A stretch of 64,000 nucleotides of DNA from Erysipelotrichaceae bacterium (GTDB lineage: Bacteria; Bacillota_I; Bacilli_A; Erysipelotrichales; Erysipelotrichaceae): the NCBI GenBank assembly GCA_020026035.1, contig JAHHRC010000001.1:11610-75609 (forward strand). The letters are read 5' to 3'. Positions within the stretch are counted from its first letter, which is position 1. Each line of letters starts with the position of its first letter. The notes beneath the pieces were generated by a model. That model was given only the letters and a program-made list of their open reading frames with translations, was not told the DNA's origin and searched no databases. Below, piece after piece: positions 32,785-45,200 of the stretch. A program made the translations under genes and the position numbers.

Positions 32785-34611
32785 TTATTCAAGTGTTGTA
32801 CTCATGAAGTACTTGAATCCAAGTGGGTTCGAGAAGAATCCCTTTAGATTTGGTGAAATCATGTACAAGTCTGTGTAGAAGTAAACTGGAACTACACAAC
32901 CAGTTGACATCAATAGGTCTTCTGCACGGTGCATCATAGCGTAACGTGTATCCTCATCGGAACAAGTCTTGATTTGGTCGATCAATACATCGTATGTTTG
33001 TGCCCATGTACCATTTTCAACCTTCACATCAATACCAAGGTCTGTAAGATCTAGGTTGTAGATTGCAAGGTCTTTGTGTGCACCCTTACCGAATTGAATG
33101 TCGTTATTACCAGAATTTGTTACCCAAAGATCTAAGAAGCAAATTGGATCGTTGTAGTCAGCTAACCAACCATTACGAGCAACGCCGTAGTCACCACTCT
33201 TACGTGTTTGTAAGAAGGTATTCCATTCTTGGTTTTGTAGTTGCATATCAATACCAACACCAGCTAATGCGCCTTGGATGTATTCAGCGATTGCCTTATG
33301 ACCTTCACTTGTGTTGTACAAGTATGTAATGCTTGGGAAGTTTGTAATCTTTCCACTTGCATCATCAAAGTCATAGTGCTTCTTAAGAATATCTAATGCC
33401 ATATTGAAGTTGTCTTCAATTGCGTCTTCATCTACCTTGAAGTAACCCTTATCTGTTCCTGCATGTTCGTAGAATTCGCCACCCTTGACGTCGCTCATTC
33501 CCATTGGTACAAAGCTTGCGGCTGGAACTTGTCCACCTTGGGCTACGTTTTCAACAATGTAATTACGATCGAGCAATAAAGAGATTGCCTTACGGATTTC
33601 TTGTTCCTTCAAAGCAGCTGCTTTAGGATCTGCATATTCGCTATCTGGAAGTAAACGTTCATTGACATTCCAGTTCACATAGTATGTACCAACTTGTCCG
33701 ACAACCTTAAATTCATCTGGATTGTTTGCCTTTAAAGCAGCGATTTCATTGGTTGGAACACTGTCAATATACTGCCAAGAACCATTTTGGAAGTTTGTTA
33801 GCATATTGTTTGCATCATCCGATAGATAGAAGTTGATGACAGGCATTGTAACGATATCTGGAGCATGGTAGTTATCGTTCTTCTTTAGTGTAATCAAGGA
33901 GTTATGTTGCCAATCAGCCATAATGAATGGTCCATTACCAACGTAAGTAGATGGATCTGTAGCCCAAGCTTCGTTGTCTACAACATCCTTACGAACTGGC
34001 ATAAATGTTGGGAAGGCCAACAATTCATTCCAATATGGTAGATACGTCTTTGTTGTAACTTCGATTGTATGATCATCGATTGCCTTTGCATTCAATGTCG
34101 CATCTGGATTCTTAAATGTTTCACCATCTGCTTCAGTTTCCCACATAGCATCATAGCCATCCACTACTTCGAAGATATAGCTATAATCGGCCGCAAGTTT
34201 TGGTGAAGCAGCACGGTTCCAAGCAAAGATAAAGTCATGGGCTGTCAATGGTTGTCCATCGCTCCACTTTAAATCATCTTTCAAGGTATAAGTATAGGTT
34301 ACTGTACCATCATCGTTTGTGACACCATCTGGTAAGTCTTTTGCACAATCAGCGACGATGCTAAAGTTTCCATCTGCCCCTTTGGACCATTTTGCAAGAC
34401 CAGCAAACAAGTGGTTCAACATTGTACCACCATCTACAGCAGAGTTTAACGCTGGGTCTAATGACGCTGGTTCACTCGCTAAACATAGGTTCAATTCTTG
34501 GTCTAAATCATCTTTTGGAGTGTTACTTGTAGTTTTGTTTTCATTACCACCACAACCAACTAGACTTAAGGCTAAGGTCGTAGCTGTAAGAAGTTTATAA
34601 AGCTTTCTCAT
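32785..34611 (-). CDS. oppA: Oligopeptide ABC substrate-binding lipoprotein
   Basis: Lipobox LVGC, SLDPA, KWSDG, GNGPF and W.ADYNDP motifs. Confidence 0.93.
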   Translation of the reverse strand: MRKLYKLLTATTLALSLVGCGGNENKTTSNTPKDDLDQELNLCLASEPASLDPALNSAVDGGTMLNHLFAGLAKWSKGADGNFSIVADCAKDLPDGVTNDDGTVTYTYTLKDDLKWSDGQPLTAHDFIFAWNRAASPKLAADYSYIFEVVDGYDAMWETEADGETFKNPDATLNAKAIDDHTIEVTTKTYLPYWNELLAFPTFMPVRKDVVDNEAWATDPSTYVGNGPFIMADWQHNSLITLKKNDNYHAPDIVTMPVINFYLSDDANNMLTNFQNGSWQYIDSVPTNEIAALKANNPDEFKVVGQVGTYYVNWNVNERLLPDSEYADPKAAALKEQEIRKAISLLLDRNYIVENVAQGGQVPAASFVPMGMSDVKGGEFYEHAGTDKGYFKVDEDAIEDNFNMALDILKKHYDFDDASGKITNFPSITYLYNTSEGHKAIAEYIQGALAGVGIDMQLQNQEWNTFLQTRKSGDYGVARNGWLADYNDPICFLDLWVTNSGNNDIQFGKGAHKDLAIYNLDLTDLGIDVKVENGTWAQTYDVLIDQIKTCSDEDTRYAMMHRAEDLLMSTGCVVPVYFYTDLYMISPNLKGFFSNPLGFKYFMSTTLE

Positions 34612-35627
34612 ACTTCTTCCCTCTTTTCCTTTTCTATGGACTCATCGCTCATTCCTTCATCAAACAAATGACAGGCAACGAAACGATCAGGTTCCACCTC
34701 TTTTAAGGCCGGCATCTTCTTTGTGCAGACCATCTTGGCATATGGACATCGCGTATGGAACGGACATCCACTTGGTGCATCTAATGGTGAAGGGATTTCT
34801 CCTTTCAATTCGATGCGTTGGTTACTACGGGCAATCTTTGGATCTGGTAGCGGAACCGCTGACATCAATGCCTTTGAGTATGGATGGAATGGCTTCTCAC
34901 ACAAAGCATCTGCTTCGGCAAGTTCGACAAGCTTTCCTAAATACATCACGGCAATGCGATCACAAATATGACGTACCACCAATAAATCATGGGCAATAAA
35001 CAAATACGTTAAACCAAGTTCTTGTTGGAGTTTTCCAAACATGTTTATAACTTGGGCTTGAATCGATACATCGAGTGCTGATACTGGTTCATCACAGACA
35101 ATGAAGTCTGGATTCACTGCTAAGGCTCTTGCAATACCGATTCTTTGTCGTTGTCCACCTGAGAATTCATGGGCATAGCGAGCTGCATGTTCGGAGTTTA
35201 AACCAACATGTTTCATAAGCTCGAGAATCTTTTCTCTTCGTTCCTCTTTGCTTGCATACATGTGATGAATATCCAATGGTTCTCCAATCATATCCGCAAC
35301 AGTCATGCGCGGATCTAATGAAGAATACGGATCTTGGAACACCATCGTTGCATGCTTACGGAACTCTTTCCAATCTTTCTTCGTTTTAATCTCTTTGCCT
35401 TTGTAACGAATCGTTCCACCCGTTGGTTCATACAAATTCAAGATCGTACGACCAGCGGTTGTTTTTCCACAGCCCGACTCGCCTACAAGGCCAAGTGTTT
35501 CACCAGGATAAATCTTAAACGAGATATCATCCACAGCTTTCAGTGGCTTCGTTTTTGAAAAACCTGTATGAATATCAAAGTATTTCTGCAAATGCTCCAC
35601 TTCAATCAATGGTTCTTTTTCACTCAT
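34608..35627 (-). CDS. oppF: Oligopeptide ABC ATPase
   Basis: [18 protein letters not shown]-terminal GCPFHTRCP. Confidence 0.93.
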   Translation of the reverse strand: MSEKEPLIEVEHLQKYFDIHTGFSKTKPLKAVDDISFKIYPGETLGLVGESGCGKTTAGRTILNLYEPTGGTIRYKGKEIKTKKDWKEFRKHATMVFQDPYSSLDPRMTVADMIGEPLDIHHMYASKEERREKILELMKHVGLNSEHAARYAHEFSGGQRQRIGIARALAVNPDFIVCDEPVSALDVSIQAQVINMFGKLQQELGLTYLFIAHDLLVVRHICDRIAVMYLGKLVELAEADALCEKPFHPYSKALMSAVPLPDPKIARSNQRIELKGEIPSPLDAPSGCPFHTRCPYAKMVCTKKMPALKEVEPDRFVACHLFDEGMSDESIEKEKREEV

Positions 35628-36613
35628 ACATGCTCACCACTTTCCATTTTTTCTTTGACGTTTAACCAACAAGCCGCATAGTGCATCTCATTGATTACCA
35701 TCTTTTCACACGCTCTCTTGCAACAAATGCGCATTGCCTTTTCACACCGTGGTGCAAATGGGCAACCCTTTGGCATGTTGAGCAAGTCAATCGGTGTTCC
35801 TTGAATTGGCTTCAACGGTTTCCCTTTACTCGATGTCGTTGGAATTGATTGCATTAAGCCTTTCGTGTATTCATGTTTTGGATTGTAGAAGATTTCATCT
35901 GCTGTTCCTTGTTCACAAATACCACCGGCATACATCACAATCACCTCATCACACATCTGGGCAACGACTCCTAAGTCATGGGTAATCAAGATAATCGCCA
36001 TGCCAAGTTCTCTTTGAATGTTCTTCATAAGATCTAGAATACTTGCTTGAATCGTTACATCCAATGCCGTTGTTGGTTCATCGGCAATTAAGATATCCGG
36101 TTCGCAAGCAAGTGCCATTGCGATCATCACTCTTTGTCTCATACCCCCAGAGAATTCATAGGGATATTGTTTCATGCGCTTTTCTGGTTCATTCACATTT
36201 ACCAAAACAAGCATCTGTACCGCCCTTGCATAGGCTTCTTGTTTTGTGCGATTCGTATGTAACAAAATCGCTTCCATCAGCTGTTGGCCAATGGTTAATG
36301 TTGGATTTAAAGAAGTCATTGGATCTTGGAAGATAATGGAAATCTTATTTCCACGAATCTTTCGCATCTCACTTTCTTCTAAGCCAACCAATTCTTTTTG
36401 TCGAAAGCGAATCGATCCTTCCACAATCTTTCCACTTCCAGCAAGGATTTGTAGGATCGAATAGGAAGTAACCGATTTCCCACTTCCTGATTCGCCAACA
36501 ATTCCTAATACCTTTCCCTCATCTAAATTGAAGGAAACACCATTCACTGCTTTTACTTCTCCTGCATCGGTAAAGAATGAAGTATGCAGGTTTTTTACTT
36601 CTAATAGTGCCAT
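35624..36613 (-). CDS. oppD: Oligopeptide ABC ATPase
   Basis: GESGSGKSVT, SGGMRQR and DEPTTALD motifs. Confidence 0.93.
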   Translation of the reverse strand: MALLEVKNLHTSFFTDAGEVKAVNGVSFNLDEGKVLGIVGESGSGKSVTSYSILQILAGSGKIVEGSIRFRQKELVGLEESEMRKIRGNKISIIFQDPMTSLNPTLTIGQQLMEAILLHTNRTKQEAYARAVQMLVLVNVNEPEKRMKQYPYEFSGGMRQRVMIAMALACEPDILIADEPTTALDVTIQASILDLMKNIQRELGMAIILITHDLGVVAQMCDEVIVMYAGGICEQGTADEIFYNPKHEYTKGLMQSIPTTSSKGKPLKPIQGTPIDLLNMPKGCPFAPRCEKAMRICCKRACEKMVINEMHYAACWLNVKEKMESGEHV

Positions 36614-36628
36614 AGTCTCTCTCCTTAG

Positions 36629-37678
36629 TTATCCATTTAGCTTTGGATCGAATGCATCTCGTAATCCATCCCCAAATAGATTCAATGACAACACAATCAA
36701 GGAAATTACAACCGCTGGGATTACCAAACGGTAGGCATACGATGTAATTCCGTTCAATGCGTCAGAAGCAAGGGAACCAAGGGATGGCATTGGGGCATTA
36801 ATACCCAAACCTAGGAAGGAGAGATAACTTTCGGTGAAAATAGCAGACGGTATTTGTAGAGCAGTTGAAATCACAATCACAGAAATGCAATTGGGAATCA
36901 AATGCTTCTTAATCACCCATCCACCCCTCGCACCACTTGCTTGCGCGGCTAATATATACTCTTGTTCTCGTAACGATAGGATTTGACCGCGTATCAAACG
37001 TGCCATCGAGACCCAATAGAGTAAGGCAAATACAATAAATAAGGACAACATATTCGTTCCTAAATGCTCAAAGATCCCACCTTCGACATTCAACGATACC
37101 TTCAATACCGAAGATAGTAGAATCACCATTAACATATCTGGTAACGAATAAATCACATCCACTATACGCATAATCACCATGTCAACCTTGCCACCAAAGT
37201 AGCCTGAGATTGACCCAATCAATAAACCAATGACAAGTACGATAATACTTGCAAAGAATCCAACGGATAACGATACCCGTGTTCCATAGACAACACGAAT
37301 AAAGTAATCACGCCCTTGCGAATCGGTTCCAAAGATGTGTGGGAACACATGTTCGCCTGCTTCAATCATCTTTAACTCTTGCCTAGAATAAGCAAAAGGA
37401 GCTAAGTTATTAAACGATGGATCCATTGGCTTCCCCGGTTGCATTCCTAACAATGTATCGTAGGAATAGGGAAAGAACATTGGAATAAAGATTGCACTTA
37501 AGGCAATCACAACAATAATCCAGAAACTAATCATTGCGACTTTGTTCTTTCTAAGACGCTTTAGCCCATCTTTGAAGAACGTTGTTGATGGTCGCATCTT
37601 TACCATGTAGGCCTTTTCTTCTTCACTTGCTAAAAGGAAGTCGTCTAGATCCACATGCATTGATGGAATAGTACTCAT
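36629..37678 (-). CDS. oppC: Oligopeptide ABC permease
   Basis: FGTDSQGRD, EAA loop, GDGLRDAFDPK. Confidence 0.93.
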   Translation of the reverse strand: MSTIPSMHVDLDDFLLASEEEKAYMVKMRPSTTFFKDGLKRLRKNKVAMISFWIIVVIALSAIFIPMFFPYSYDTLLGMQPGKPMDPSFNNLAPFAYSRQELKMIEAGEHVFPHIFGTDSQGRDYFIRVVYGTRVSLSVGFFASIIVLVIGLLIGSISGYFGGKVDMVIMRIVDVIYSLPDMLMVILLSSVLKVSLNVEGGIFEHLGTNMLSLFIVFALLYWVSMARLIRGQILSLREQEYILAAQASGARGGWVIKKHLIPNCISVIVISTALQIPSAIFTESYLSFLGLGINAPMPSLGSLASDALNGITSYAYRLVIPAVVISLIVLSLNLFGDGLRDAFDPKLNG

Positions 37679-37690
37679 ATATCCTCCCCT

Positions 37691-38617
37691 TTAATCCAAG
37701 TTGATTCTTGGATCTACAATCTTATACAAGATGTCTGACACTAAGTTCATAATGACAATCAATGAACTCAGAATAATCGTCGTACCCATAATCAAGGTAT
37801 AATCACGATTCGTAATACTTTGAACAAATGCTCTACCAATACCTGGTACGGCAAAGATTTGTTCGACTACAAGTGAGCCTGTCACAATGTAGGCTAACAT
37901 TGGACCAAAGTATGTAATCACCGGTACCAATGCGTTTTTTAAAGCATGTTTGAAGATCACTTTGTTTTTACTAACACCCTTGGCTTTCGCCGTTCGAATG
38001 TAGTCTTGCGATAGAACATCCAACATCGATGATCTAGTAAGTCGTGTGATGTAAGCCATTGGATATAACATCAATGTCACAATCGGAAGGATCAACCCTT
38101 CACTACTTGTCCCATTGGCTGGTAATATCTTGAGCTTCAACGCAAACCACACAAGTAATAACGTTCCAATAATGAAGCTTGGCATTGAAACAAACGCTGT
38201 CGTTAGTACCATGATGACTCGATCCAAAACTGTATTTCGACGAAGTGCGGCAATGGAGCCTAGAACAATGCCAAACACTAATGCAAATACAGCGGCAATC
38301 AAACCAAGCTTCGCGCTTGTCTTCATCCCATCTTGGATGATATCAATCACCAACCGTCCACGTTGTTTCAAAGAAGGACCAAAGTCTAACGTCAAGACCC
38401 CACGAACGTAGGTTCCAAACTGCACGATCAGTGGTTGGTCAAGACCATACTTCGCTTCAATCGCCTTCTGTGCTGCAGGTGAAACTGCTTTCTCTCCTAG
38501 AAACGGACCACCTGGCACCTTATGCATCACGAAGAATGTAATCGCGATGACGATAAATACGGTAAAGATTGCCAGAAGAATTCGTTTCAATAAATACTTT
38601 GCTGTCTTACCACTCAT
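37691..38617 (-). CDS. oppB: Oligopeptide ABC permease
   Basis: PGGPF, YGLDQP, DYIRTAKAKG and DPRI motifs. Confidence 0.93.
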   Translation of the reverse strand: MSGKTAKYLLKRILLAIFTVFIVIAITFFVMHKVPGGPFLGEKAVSPAAQKAIEAKYGLDQPLIVQFGTYVRGVLTLDFGPSLKQRGRLVIDIIQDGMKTSAKLGLIAAVFALVFGIVLGSIAALRRNTVLDRVIMVLTTAFVSMPSFIIGTLLLVWFALKLKILPANGTSSEGLILPIVTLMLYPMAYITRLTRSSMLDVLSQDYIRTAKAKGVSKNKVIFKHALKNALVPVITYFGPMLAYIVTGSLVVEQIFAVPGIGRAFVQSITNRDYTLIMGTTIILSSLIVIMNLVSDILYKIVDPRINLD

Positions 38618-38803
38618 TCTCTCTCCTCCTTGATGTAAGTAATATAATCACTTTCATTTTTGTTTACAATAGACTTTCAAATAAATTTACATCATATCGA
38701 AAACATTTATGAAACAAGAATGTAAATAAGAAAAAGTTATTAAAGACCACACAAAAAAGTAGACTTTTCAAACAAAAAGCCTACTACCATACAATATTTC
38801 ATT

Positions 38804-39811
38804 TCATTCATTTACAAAAAGAATCACATAACCTAAATCAATTTCAAAACAAACCTCATCACCAACCGCATATTCCACATCTGAATACAGCGTCCAACCA
38901 TCACATTCCAATACAAATCGACCCTCTTCAAACACACAAGACGATACACAAAGACGATACAACCCATCCTTACAAATCGAAATATGTTGTGGCCGAATCC
39001 CAATCACATAGCTACCACTCACATCGTTTCCAACATCCAAAACACCGTTAAACAAAGATACTTTCCCATGCACAAAGTCTACCTGTCTTACATTCATCAT
39101 TGGCTTTCCTAGAAACATGCCAACAAATAAACAATTTGGATGTTCATATAACGACGCATACGAATCCAAGGCAAGAAGTCTACCATCCTTCATTACCCCA
39201 ACCACATCGCCCATATACATCGCATCTTCTTGGTTGTGACTGACAAATACCATTGTCATTTCATATTTTCTTTGTAATGCTCGTATTTCCTTACGCAATT
39301 CTTTTTGCAATAAAGGATCTAAAGAAGAAAATGGCTCATCCAACAATAAGATACGAGGCCTTCTTACAAGCGCTCTTGCAATACTCACTCTTTTTTTCTC
39401 ACCACCACTTAACGTACATGGATAGCGGTCTAACAAATGGCCAATGTGTAAAACATCTGCCACTTCGTTTACCATCGAAGCAATTTCCTCTTTTGTATAG
39501 CCAAGATACGCTAAGCCATAGGCAATATTCTCAAAGACTCTTGTTTCTTCAAACAATGCGGCATCTTGAAAGATCATCGCAACATTTCGTTTACTTGCTT
39601 GAACCTCATTCATGACTTGTCCATCAAACAAAATACGCCCATCACTTACTTCTTCTAAGCCAGCAAGCATTCGCAATAACGATGTCTTACCAGATCCACT
39701 TGGCCCAACGATGACCAAAGACTTGCCTCGTTCTAAGGTAAACGAAACATCTTTAACAGCTTCAACACTTCCATAATGTTTGTATACATGTTGTACTTCA
39801 ATCTTACTCAT
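38804..39811 (-). CDS. MalK/MsmX/PotA-family ABC ATPase (orphan)
   Basis: GPSGSGKT, LSGGEKKR, DEPFSSLD, C-terminal GIRP/TOBE-like region; own terminator near 38755-38786. Confidence 0.88.
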   Translation of the reverse strand: MSKIEVQHVYKHYGSVEAVKDVSFTLERGKSLVIVGPSGSGKTSLLRMLAGLEEVSDGRILFDGQVMNEVQASKRNVAMIFQDAALFEETRVFENIAYGLAYLGYTKEEIASMVNEVADVLHIGHLLDRYPCTLSGGEKKRVSIARALVRRPRILLLDEPFSSLDPLLQKELRKEIRALQRKYEMTMVFVSHNQEDAMYMGDVVGVMKDGRLLALDSYASLYEHPNCLFVGMFLGKPMMNVRQVDFVHGKVSLFNGVLDVGNDVSGSYVIGIRPQHISICKDGLYRLCVSSCVFEEGRFVLECDGWTLYSDVEYAVGDEVCFEIDLGYVILFVNE

Positions 39812-39847
39812 ACCCCTATTTTAGCATAAACAGAACAAAAGACCGCC

Positions 39848-40822
39848 TTAGCGATCTTTGTTGTAAGTTCGTTTGGAAATAATATATCTTGGACGACGTT
39901 TCGTCTCCATGTAGGTTTTACCTACATACTCCCCAATCACACCTATACTTAATAACTGCAATCCTCCAAGGAATAGAACAATACATGTAAGTGATGCCCA
40001 GCCTTGTACGGTATTGTTGGTTAAATGTCGTACAATTGCCCAAATAATACCCGCAAAGCCAAACACACTCACCCATGCACCAACTTTGGCAATCAAGTGA
40101 ATTGGTTCAACCGATAAGTCCGTAATCCCATTGATCGCTAAAGCAATCATCTTCTTCAATGGATAATGACTTTCTCCAGCCATGCGTTCTTTTCTTGAGT
40201 AATACACACTTGTTGAATGGAATCCAATCAGCGGGAACATGCCTCGTAAGAATAGATTCACTTCTTCATAGTCTTTAAAATGCTCTAATACGGTATTTGA
40301 CACCAAACGATAATCGGCGTGGTTGTATACCACTTCTGCCCCTAAATGATTCATCAACTTATAAAACGATTGGGCTGAATTCCGTTTAAACCAAGTATCC
40401 GTTTCTCTAGAAGATCGAACCCCATAGACAACTTCTGCGCCTTGTAAGTAGGCATCCACCATATCTTCCATGGCATGTATGTCATCTTGTCCATCACAGT
40501 CAATGGAAATCGTAATATCGCACTGTCCTAATGCTTCCATAAGCCCTGCTAGTACAGCATTTTGATGTCCTCGATTTCGGGATTGGGAAATGCCAATAAA
40601 GCATTCATCTTCTTTACTAAACGAATCAATCAATGACCAAGTCGCATCTTTACTGCCATCATTCACAAATAAGATTCGACTCTTTTCACTGATTCGATTC
40701 GTATCTTTTAACAATTGTAATTCCGCTTTGAATTGTGGTGCTGTAATTGGTAATACGGCCTCTTCGTTATAACAAGGAATCACAATCCATAGAGTCGGTT
40801 TTTCATTTCTAATACGTTCCAT
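39848..40822 (-). CDS. GT2 glycosyltransferase (GtrB/YkoT-like polyprenyl-phosphate glycosyltransferase)
   Basis: PCYNEE, NDGSKD, DCDGQD, two C-terminal TMs, RPRY. Confidence 0.9.
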   Translation of the reverse strand: MERIRNEKPTLWIVIPCYNEEAVLPITAPQFKAELQLLKDTNRISEKSRILFVNDGSKDATWSLIDSFSKEDECFIGISQSRNRGHQNAVLAGLMEALGQCDITISIDCDGQDDIHAMEDMVDAYLQGAEVVYGVRSSRETDTWFKRNSAQSFYKLMNHLGAEVVYNHADYRLVSNTVLEHFKDYEEVNLFLRGMFPLIGFHSTSVYYSRKERMAGESHYPLKKMIALAINGITDLSVEPIHLIAKVGAWVSVFGFAGIIWAIVRHLTNNTVQGWASLTCIVLFLGGLQLLSIGVIGEYVGKTYMETKRRPRYIISKRTYNKDR

Positions 40823-40903
40823 ATGAAATTCCTTTCCACTGTCTCAATTATCCTACAAAATCCAGCTTTAATCAAAAAGAAGTGGCCGTAACCACTTCTT
40901 GCT

Positions 40904-41452
40904 TTATACCTTAAGTACTTCTGCTTCTTTTGCGCTAGCAAGTTCATCGATGAGCTTTACATACTTGTCTGTCACCTTTTGAACTTCTTCTTCCTGACGC
41001 TTACGGATATCTTCCGATGTTTCTTCATCTTTCTTGATGTCGTTCATTGCGTCACGACGTACATTACGAACTTGTACCTTCGCAGCTTCGGACATTGCCT
41101 TAACCTTCTTGACCATTTCCTTACGAACTTCACCTGTAAGCATTGGAACAGTTAGACGAACTACCTTCCCATCGTTTTGAGGTGCAATTCCTAGGTCTGC
41201 AAGATTTAATGCATGTTCGATGTCCTTAAGACTTGATGGGTCATAAGGCTTGATGACGATTGTACGTCCTTCTTGAACAGAAATCGAAGCAATTTGCATC
41301 AATGGAGTTGCAGATCCGTAATAATCTACATCAATTCCATTTACCATATTTGCATTTGCCATACCTGTTCGAACAGTGTTGAGCTCGTTACGTAGGAATT
41401 CAACTTTCTCTTCCATTTCTAACTCGCATGATTCAACGATTTCGTAACTCAT
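40904..41452 (-). CDS. frr: Ribosome recycling factor
   Basis: RTG.AN, YYG..TPL and RNVRRD motifs. Confidence 0.97.
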   Translation of the reverse strand: MSYEIVESCELEMEEKVEFLRNELNTVRTGMANANMVNGIDVDYYGSATPLMQIASISVQEGRTIVIKPYDPSSLKDIEHALNLADLGIAPQNDGKVVRLTVPMLTGEVRKEMVKKVKAMSEAAKVQVRNVRRDAMNDIKKDEETSEDIRKRQEEEVQKVTDKYVKLIDELASAKEAEVLKV

Positions 41453-41466
41453 AAAATTTCCTCCTG

Positions 41467-42168
41467 TTATTTAATAATGGTGCCAATCTTTTCACCACTT
41501 ACCGCCCTAACGATATTGCCACTTTCGTTCATGTTAAAGACCATAAGTTCCATCTTATTGTCCATACACATACTTGTTGCAGTTGAATCCATTACCTGTA
41601 GACCCTTGTTTAATAGGTCCATGTAAGTAAGGGTTTCAAACTTAACAGCGTTTGGATCCTTCTTAGGATCTGCACTGTACACACCATCAACGCCATTTTT
41701 CGCCATCAAAATAACATCAGCTTTGATCTCTGATGCACGCAAAGCAGCTGTTGTGTCTGTAGAGAAATAAGGACTACCTGTTCCTCCACCGAAAATCACA
41801 ACTGTTCCCTTTTCTAAATGATGCACAGCGCGTCTTTGAATGAATGGTTCAGCAACCTTTGGCATATCAATTGCTGTTTGCACACGTGTATCCACACCAA
41901 CTGCCTCTAAAGCAGATTGAATAGCAAGGGCATTGATAATCGTTGCAAGCATTCCCATATAATCGCCTTGAACACGGTCAATTCCAATATCAGCGACCGT
42001 CTTTCCCCGAATGAAGTTACCTCCACCCACGACAATGGCAATCTCAGTGCCAAGTTTTTGCGCTTCTTTAATCTCTTCAGCAAGATTGTGAAGAATGTTC
42101 GGGTCGAAGTTCTTCTCTGTACCGGAGAGCGCTTCCCCGGAAAGCTTCAATAAGACTCTTTTATACAT
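41467..42168 (-). CDS. pyrH: UMP kinase
   Basis: [26 protein letters not shown]; start at ATG 42168; promoter TGCTATAAT at 42196-42204. Confidence 0.97.
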   Translation of the reverse strand: MYKRVLLKLSGEALSGTEKNFDPNILHNLAEEIKEAQKLGTEIAIVVGGGNFIRGKTVADIGIDRVQGDYMGMLATIINALAIQSALEAVGVDTRVQTAIDMPKVAEPFIQRRAVHHLEKGTVVIFGGGTGSPYFSTDTTAALRASEIKADVILMAKNGVDGVYSADPKKDPNAVKFETLTYMDLLNKGLQVMDSTATSMCMDNKMELMVFNMNESGNIVRAVSGEKIGTIIK

Positions 42169-42260
42169 ATTTGTCTTTCCTCTCATTCTTTTCCCATTAT
42201 AGCATTCAAACATTTTCTTTCCTAATCTTTTTCGACATTTCGCCAATGAAAAAGAACACC

Positions 42261-45200
42261 TCAGTGCTCTTCTTCATCTGTGATTTCGTTTTCAACAGGG
42301 CCAGCCTCTTCAATCGCTTTCTCTTCTTCATTAGCGACCGGTTCAGCTTCCATCTTGACTTCTTCAGCCTCTTCAAAATATTGATTGATGTCAACATTTT
42401 CAAGTTTCTTAGCATAGCCATCCATGAATGCTTGCCATGTTGGATCTTCGAACTTGTTACGCATCTCTTCAACGAGTTGATTTAATTCAGCCACTTTTTC
42501 AGCAGTAACAATTTCTTCAAACTTCTTATTCATTTCTTCCAATTGTTCTACCGTCGGAAGATTCTCAAGATTCGTAAACAACTCCGTATTCGCAGCCTTA
42601 AATGCATCAAAGCTATATCCATCAATCGGATACGCATTAGCTACATCAAGTATCTTTTGAACATTCTCATTGTATAACTCACGTATCACATCCACGTCAT
42701 ACGATTCTGCTGGGTAATCGCGTTCAATTGCACGTTCAACATCTTCTAATACAAACGGACGCGCATTTACTTTGAATGTCAAACTGGATAACACATTTAC
42801 GATTTTTCCATCCCAAGTTTGTACTTCATCTGTTTGATATTCTAGCTTAATTGATTTTTCATCAACCTTCTGTTCTTCGTTATAGATATTTAAATACATC
42901 TTACCGATTACACTTTGATCAAAAATAAACCGCGTATTTTCTGTATTTAGTGTATACGTATATACATCTCCATCTAGTTTTTTAGAAAAACTTGGAATTG
43001 GTTGGCTATTATCAAATGTCAAATAGTCGTCTTTCTCCGGGAATAATCCATATTGACCAATCTTAACAGTTCCTTTTGCGTCAAATACATTCTGATCCAC
43101 TAAGTTCAATTTCCCAATTGGGTAGTTGAATTGCTTTTTGAAATATTTTGGATTCACAATTTCTTTTCCGATATCCGTATGCACAGAATACTCTTTATCC
43201 CATTTTGACCAGCTTAATAGCGTTCCACTGAACCCCTTTACTTCATAAACAAAATCAGCTAGATCATAATATTTTCCATCATCGGAATATCTATTCCAAT
43301 TCCTTTCAACTGAAATACGAAGTGGGATGTAATTTTTCTTCAAACTCCAACCAATTGCATCTGTAGCCACATTGCATTTATACTGCGTTTTTAACGAATT
43401 GAATTTCAGTGTATATTTCTCTTTTGTATATAGCCTTATAATGTCTTCACTCATCATTTCACAATCAAGATATACATCCGATAGTGTCACTCGATCTACA
43501 TATCCATCATTCGAAATATACGCAAGATTGATTGACTGAGCTAACACATAGTTTCCATCTCTATGTGGTTCATGTCCTAAATCAATTTTTTCAATAAATA
43601 CGTTCTTACCACGAAGTTCTGGATGATCTAGATGATAATTTCCGTACAACGGAATCTGTAAGTCTCCAAAATATCCCATTGGGAATCCATTAATTAACTT
43701 ACTATACGGAACATATCTTTGATTTCCTTCATTAAACGTCCGCGTATAGCCATCTACATTCCATAACTCATCATTCAGAACTTCCACATTCGCACTGAAT
43801 AATCCCCTAGATTCATCTTGTTCCAATTGTTCAGATAGGTTCACTTCATAATTGTAGTTATTCCCATTTTTTTGCATTGTTCCACGATAGCTAAATGGCA
43901 CATAGTTTTTATGTTTATAGTGACCGTTATATACATAACAATAGTTATTCGAAATATTTGGTGTTCCATTAACTTCATAAACAAAACCATCTAATCGGGA
44001 TTCCTCCGGATGATTTATATCACCAATCGCGAAACAATTCTTAGTTGTGGAATTCGGTTCCAAGCGATATACGAATCCGGTATACATTACAATCTCGTTC
44101 AATGAAACAGGATTCATTTCCGTATTTGCATAACTACAATCAATCTCTCCTTCGTTATTGACTGCAAAGCCAATCGCAAACGCTCTATTATTATTCGGAA
44201 GTACATCAAGTTTTGCAGTAACAGAACAATTTGAAATCCGTTTCTCATTGTATGCAACAAAACCAATCGCATCCGTTCCTTTATTACCAATACTCATTAA
44301 GGTATACAAATCCCCTACAGAAGCATCTCGTATTTGATTCAATTGCGATTTCAATTGTTTCTTAAGATCATCTTTCTGATCACCATACGCAAGCTTTGAG
44401 TACATACCAATTAATTCATTTGGTTCATAAATCATATGAATTGGAATATTTTTATTTGTAGAACCGTCAATGCCACCTTTGTATGTATAGGTATTCAAGT
44501 CAAAGTATTTACTTAAGTAAGTTTCAAACAGTTCTTTATTACTAAATAACTGACATCCACTCATTATACCGGCATTCGTTTTCACTGCACCAACTTTACC
44601 AACCAAAGAATTTACAATGTCCACATTCTCGACGTTTCCATCATTTCGTTCCAATAGACCATTCTCTTTCATTACCGAATGCACAATGGATGGTTGCGAT
44701 TTCATCCCTTTTATCGTTCCAAAGTTTGTGTTTGCAATTCCACTATTCAAAACCAAACACTCTTCAACAAGCGGATTTACAATTTCACCGCGATTTGTTT
44801 CTACAATCCCATAAGCAAGCGTAGAAGAATCCGTATATTGTATTGAACTAACTTCCGTTTCTTTCCATGTCTTTGTGGCATACAAGTTAGATGATCCGAT
44901 GTTTCTAACCCTGCAATTCTGAATCGAATTCATGTTTTCTCTTGCAATACCATACGTAACTTTCATCTTATTTTCCGTATTGATATTGAATTGTCCACCA
45001 CCATTGAACTGAACCGTTTCCGCATTCGTCCCCGAAACTTCACAGAAATCAATGATTCCTTCATTCGATTCAACAATACCATTCGTCACAATCATTTCTT
45101 TCGATGGATTCGTATTCCAAACATGACAATTACGTATCGTACCGTTTTGCCCATTCAAATTCGCAATTCCACTTACCGCATTCGAATTGACATAGTTACA

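Noticed and set aside
32785..38617. oppF-associated TldR system
   Set aside because: oppF overlaps oppA directly and no TnpB-like ORF lies near the opp operon
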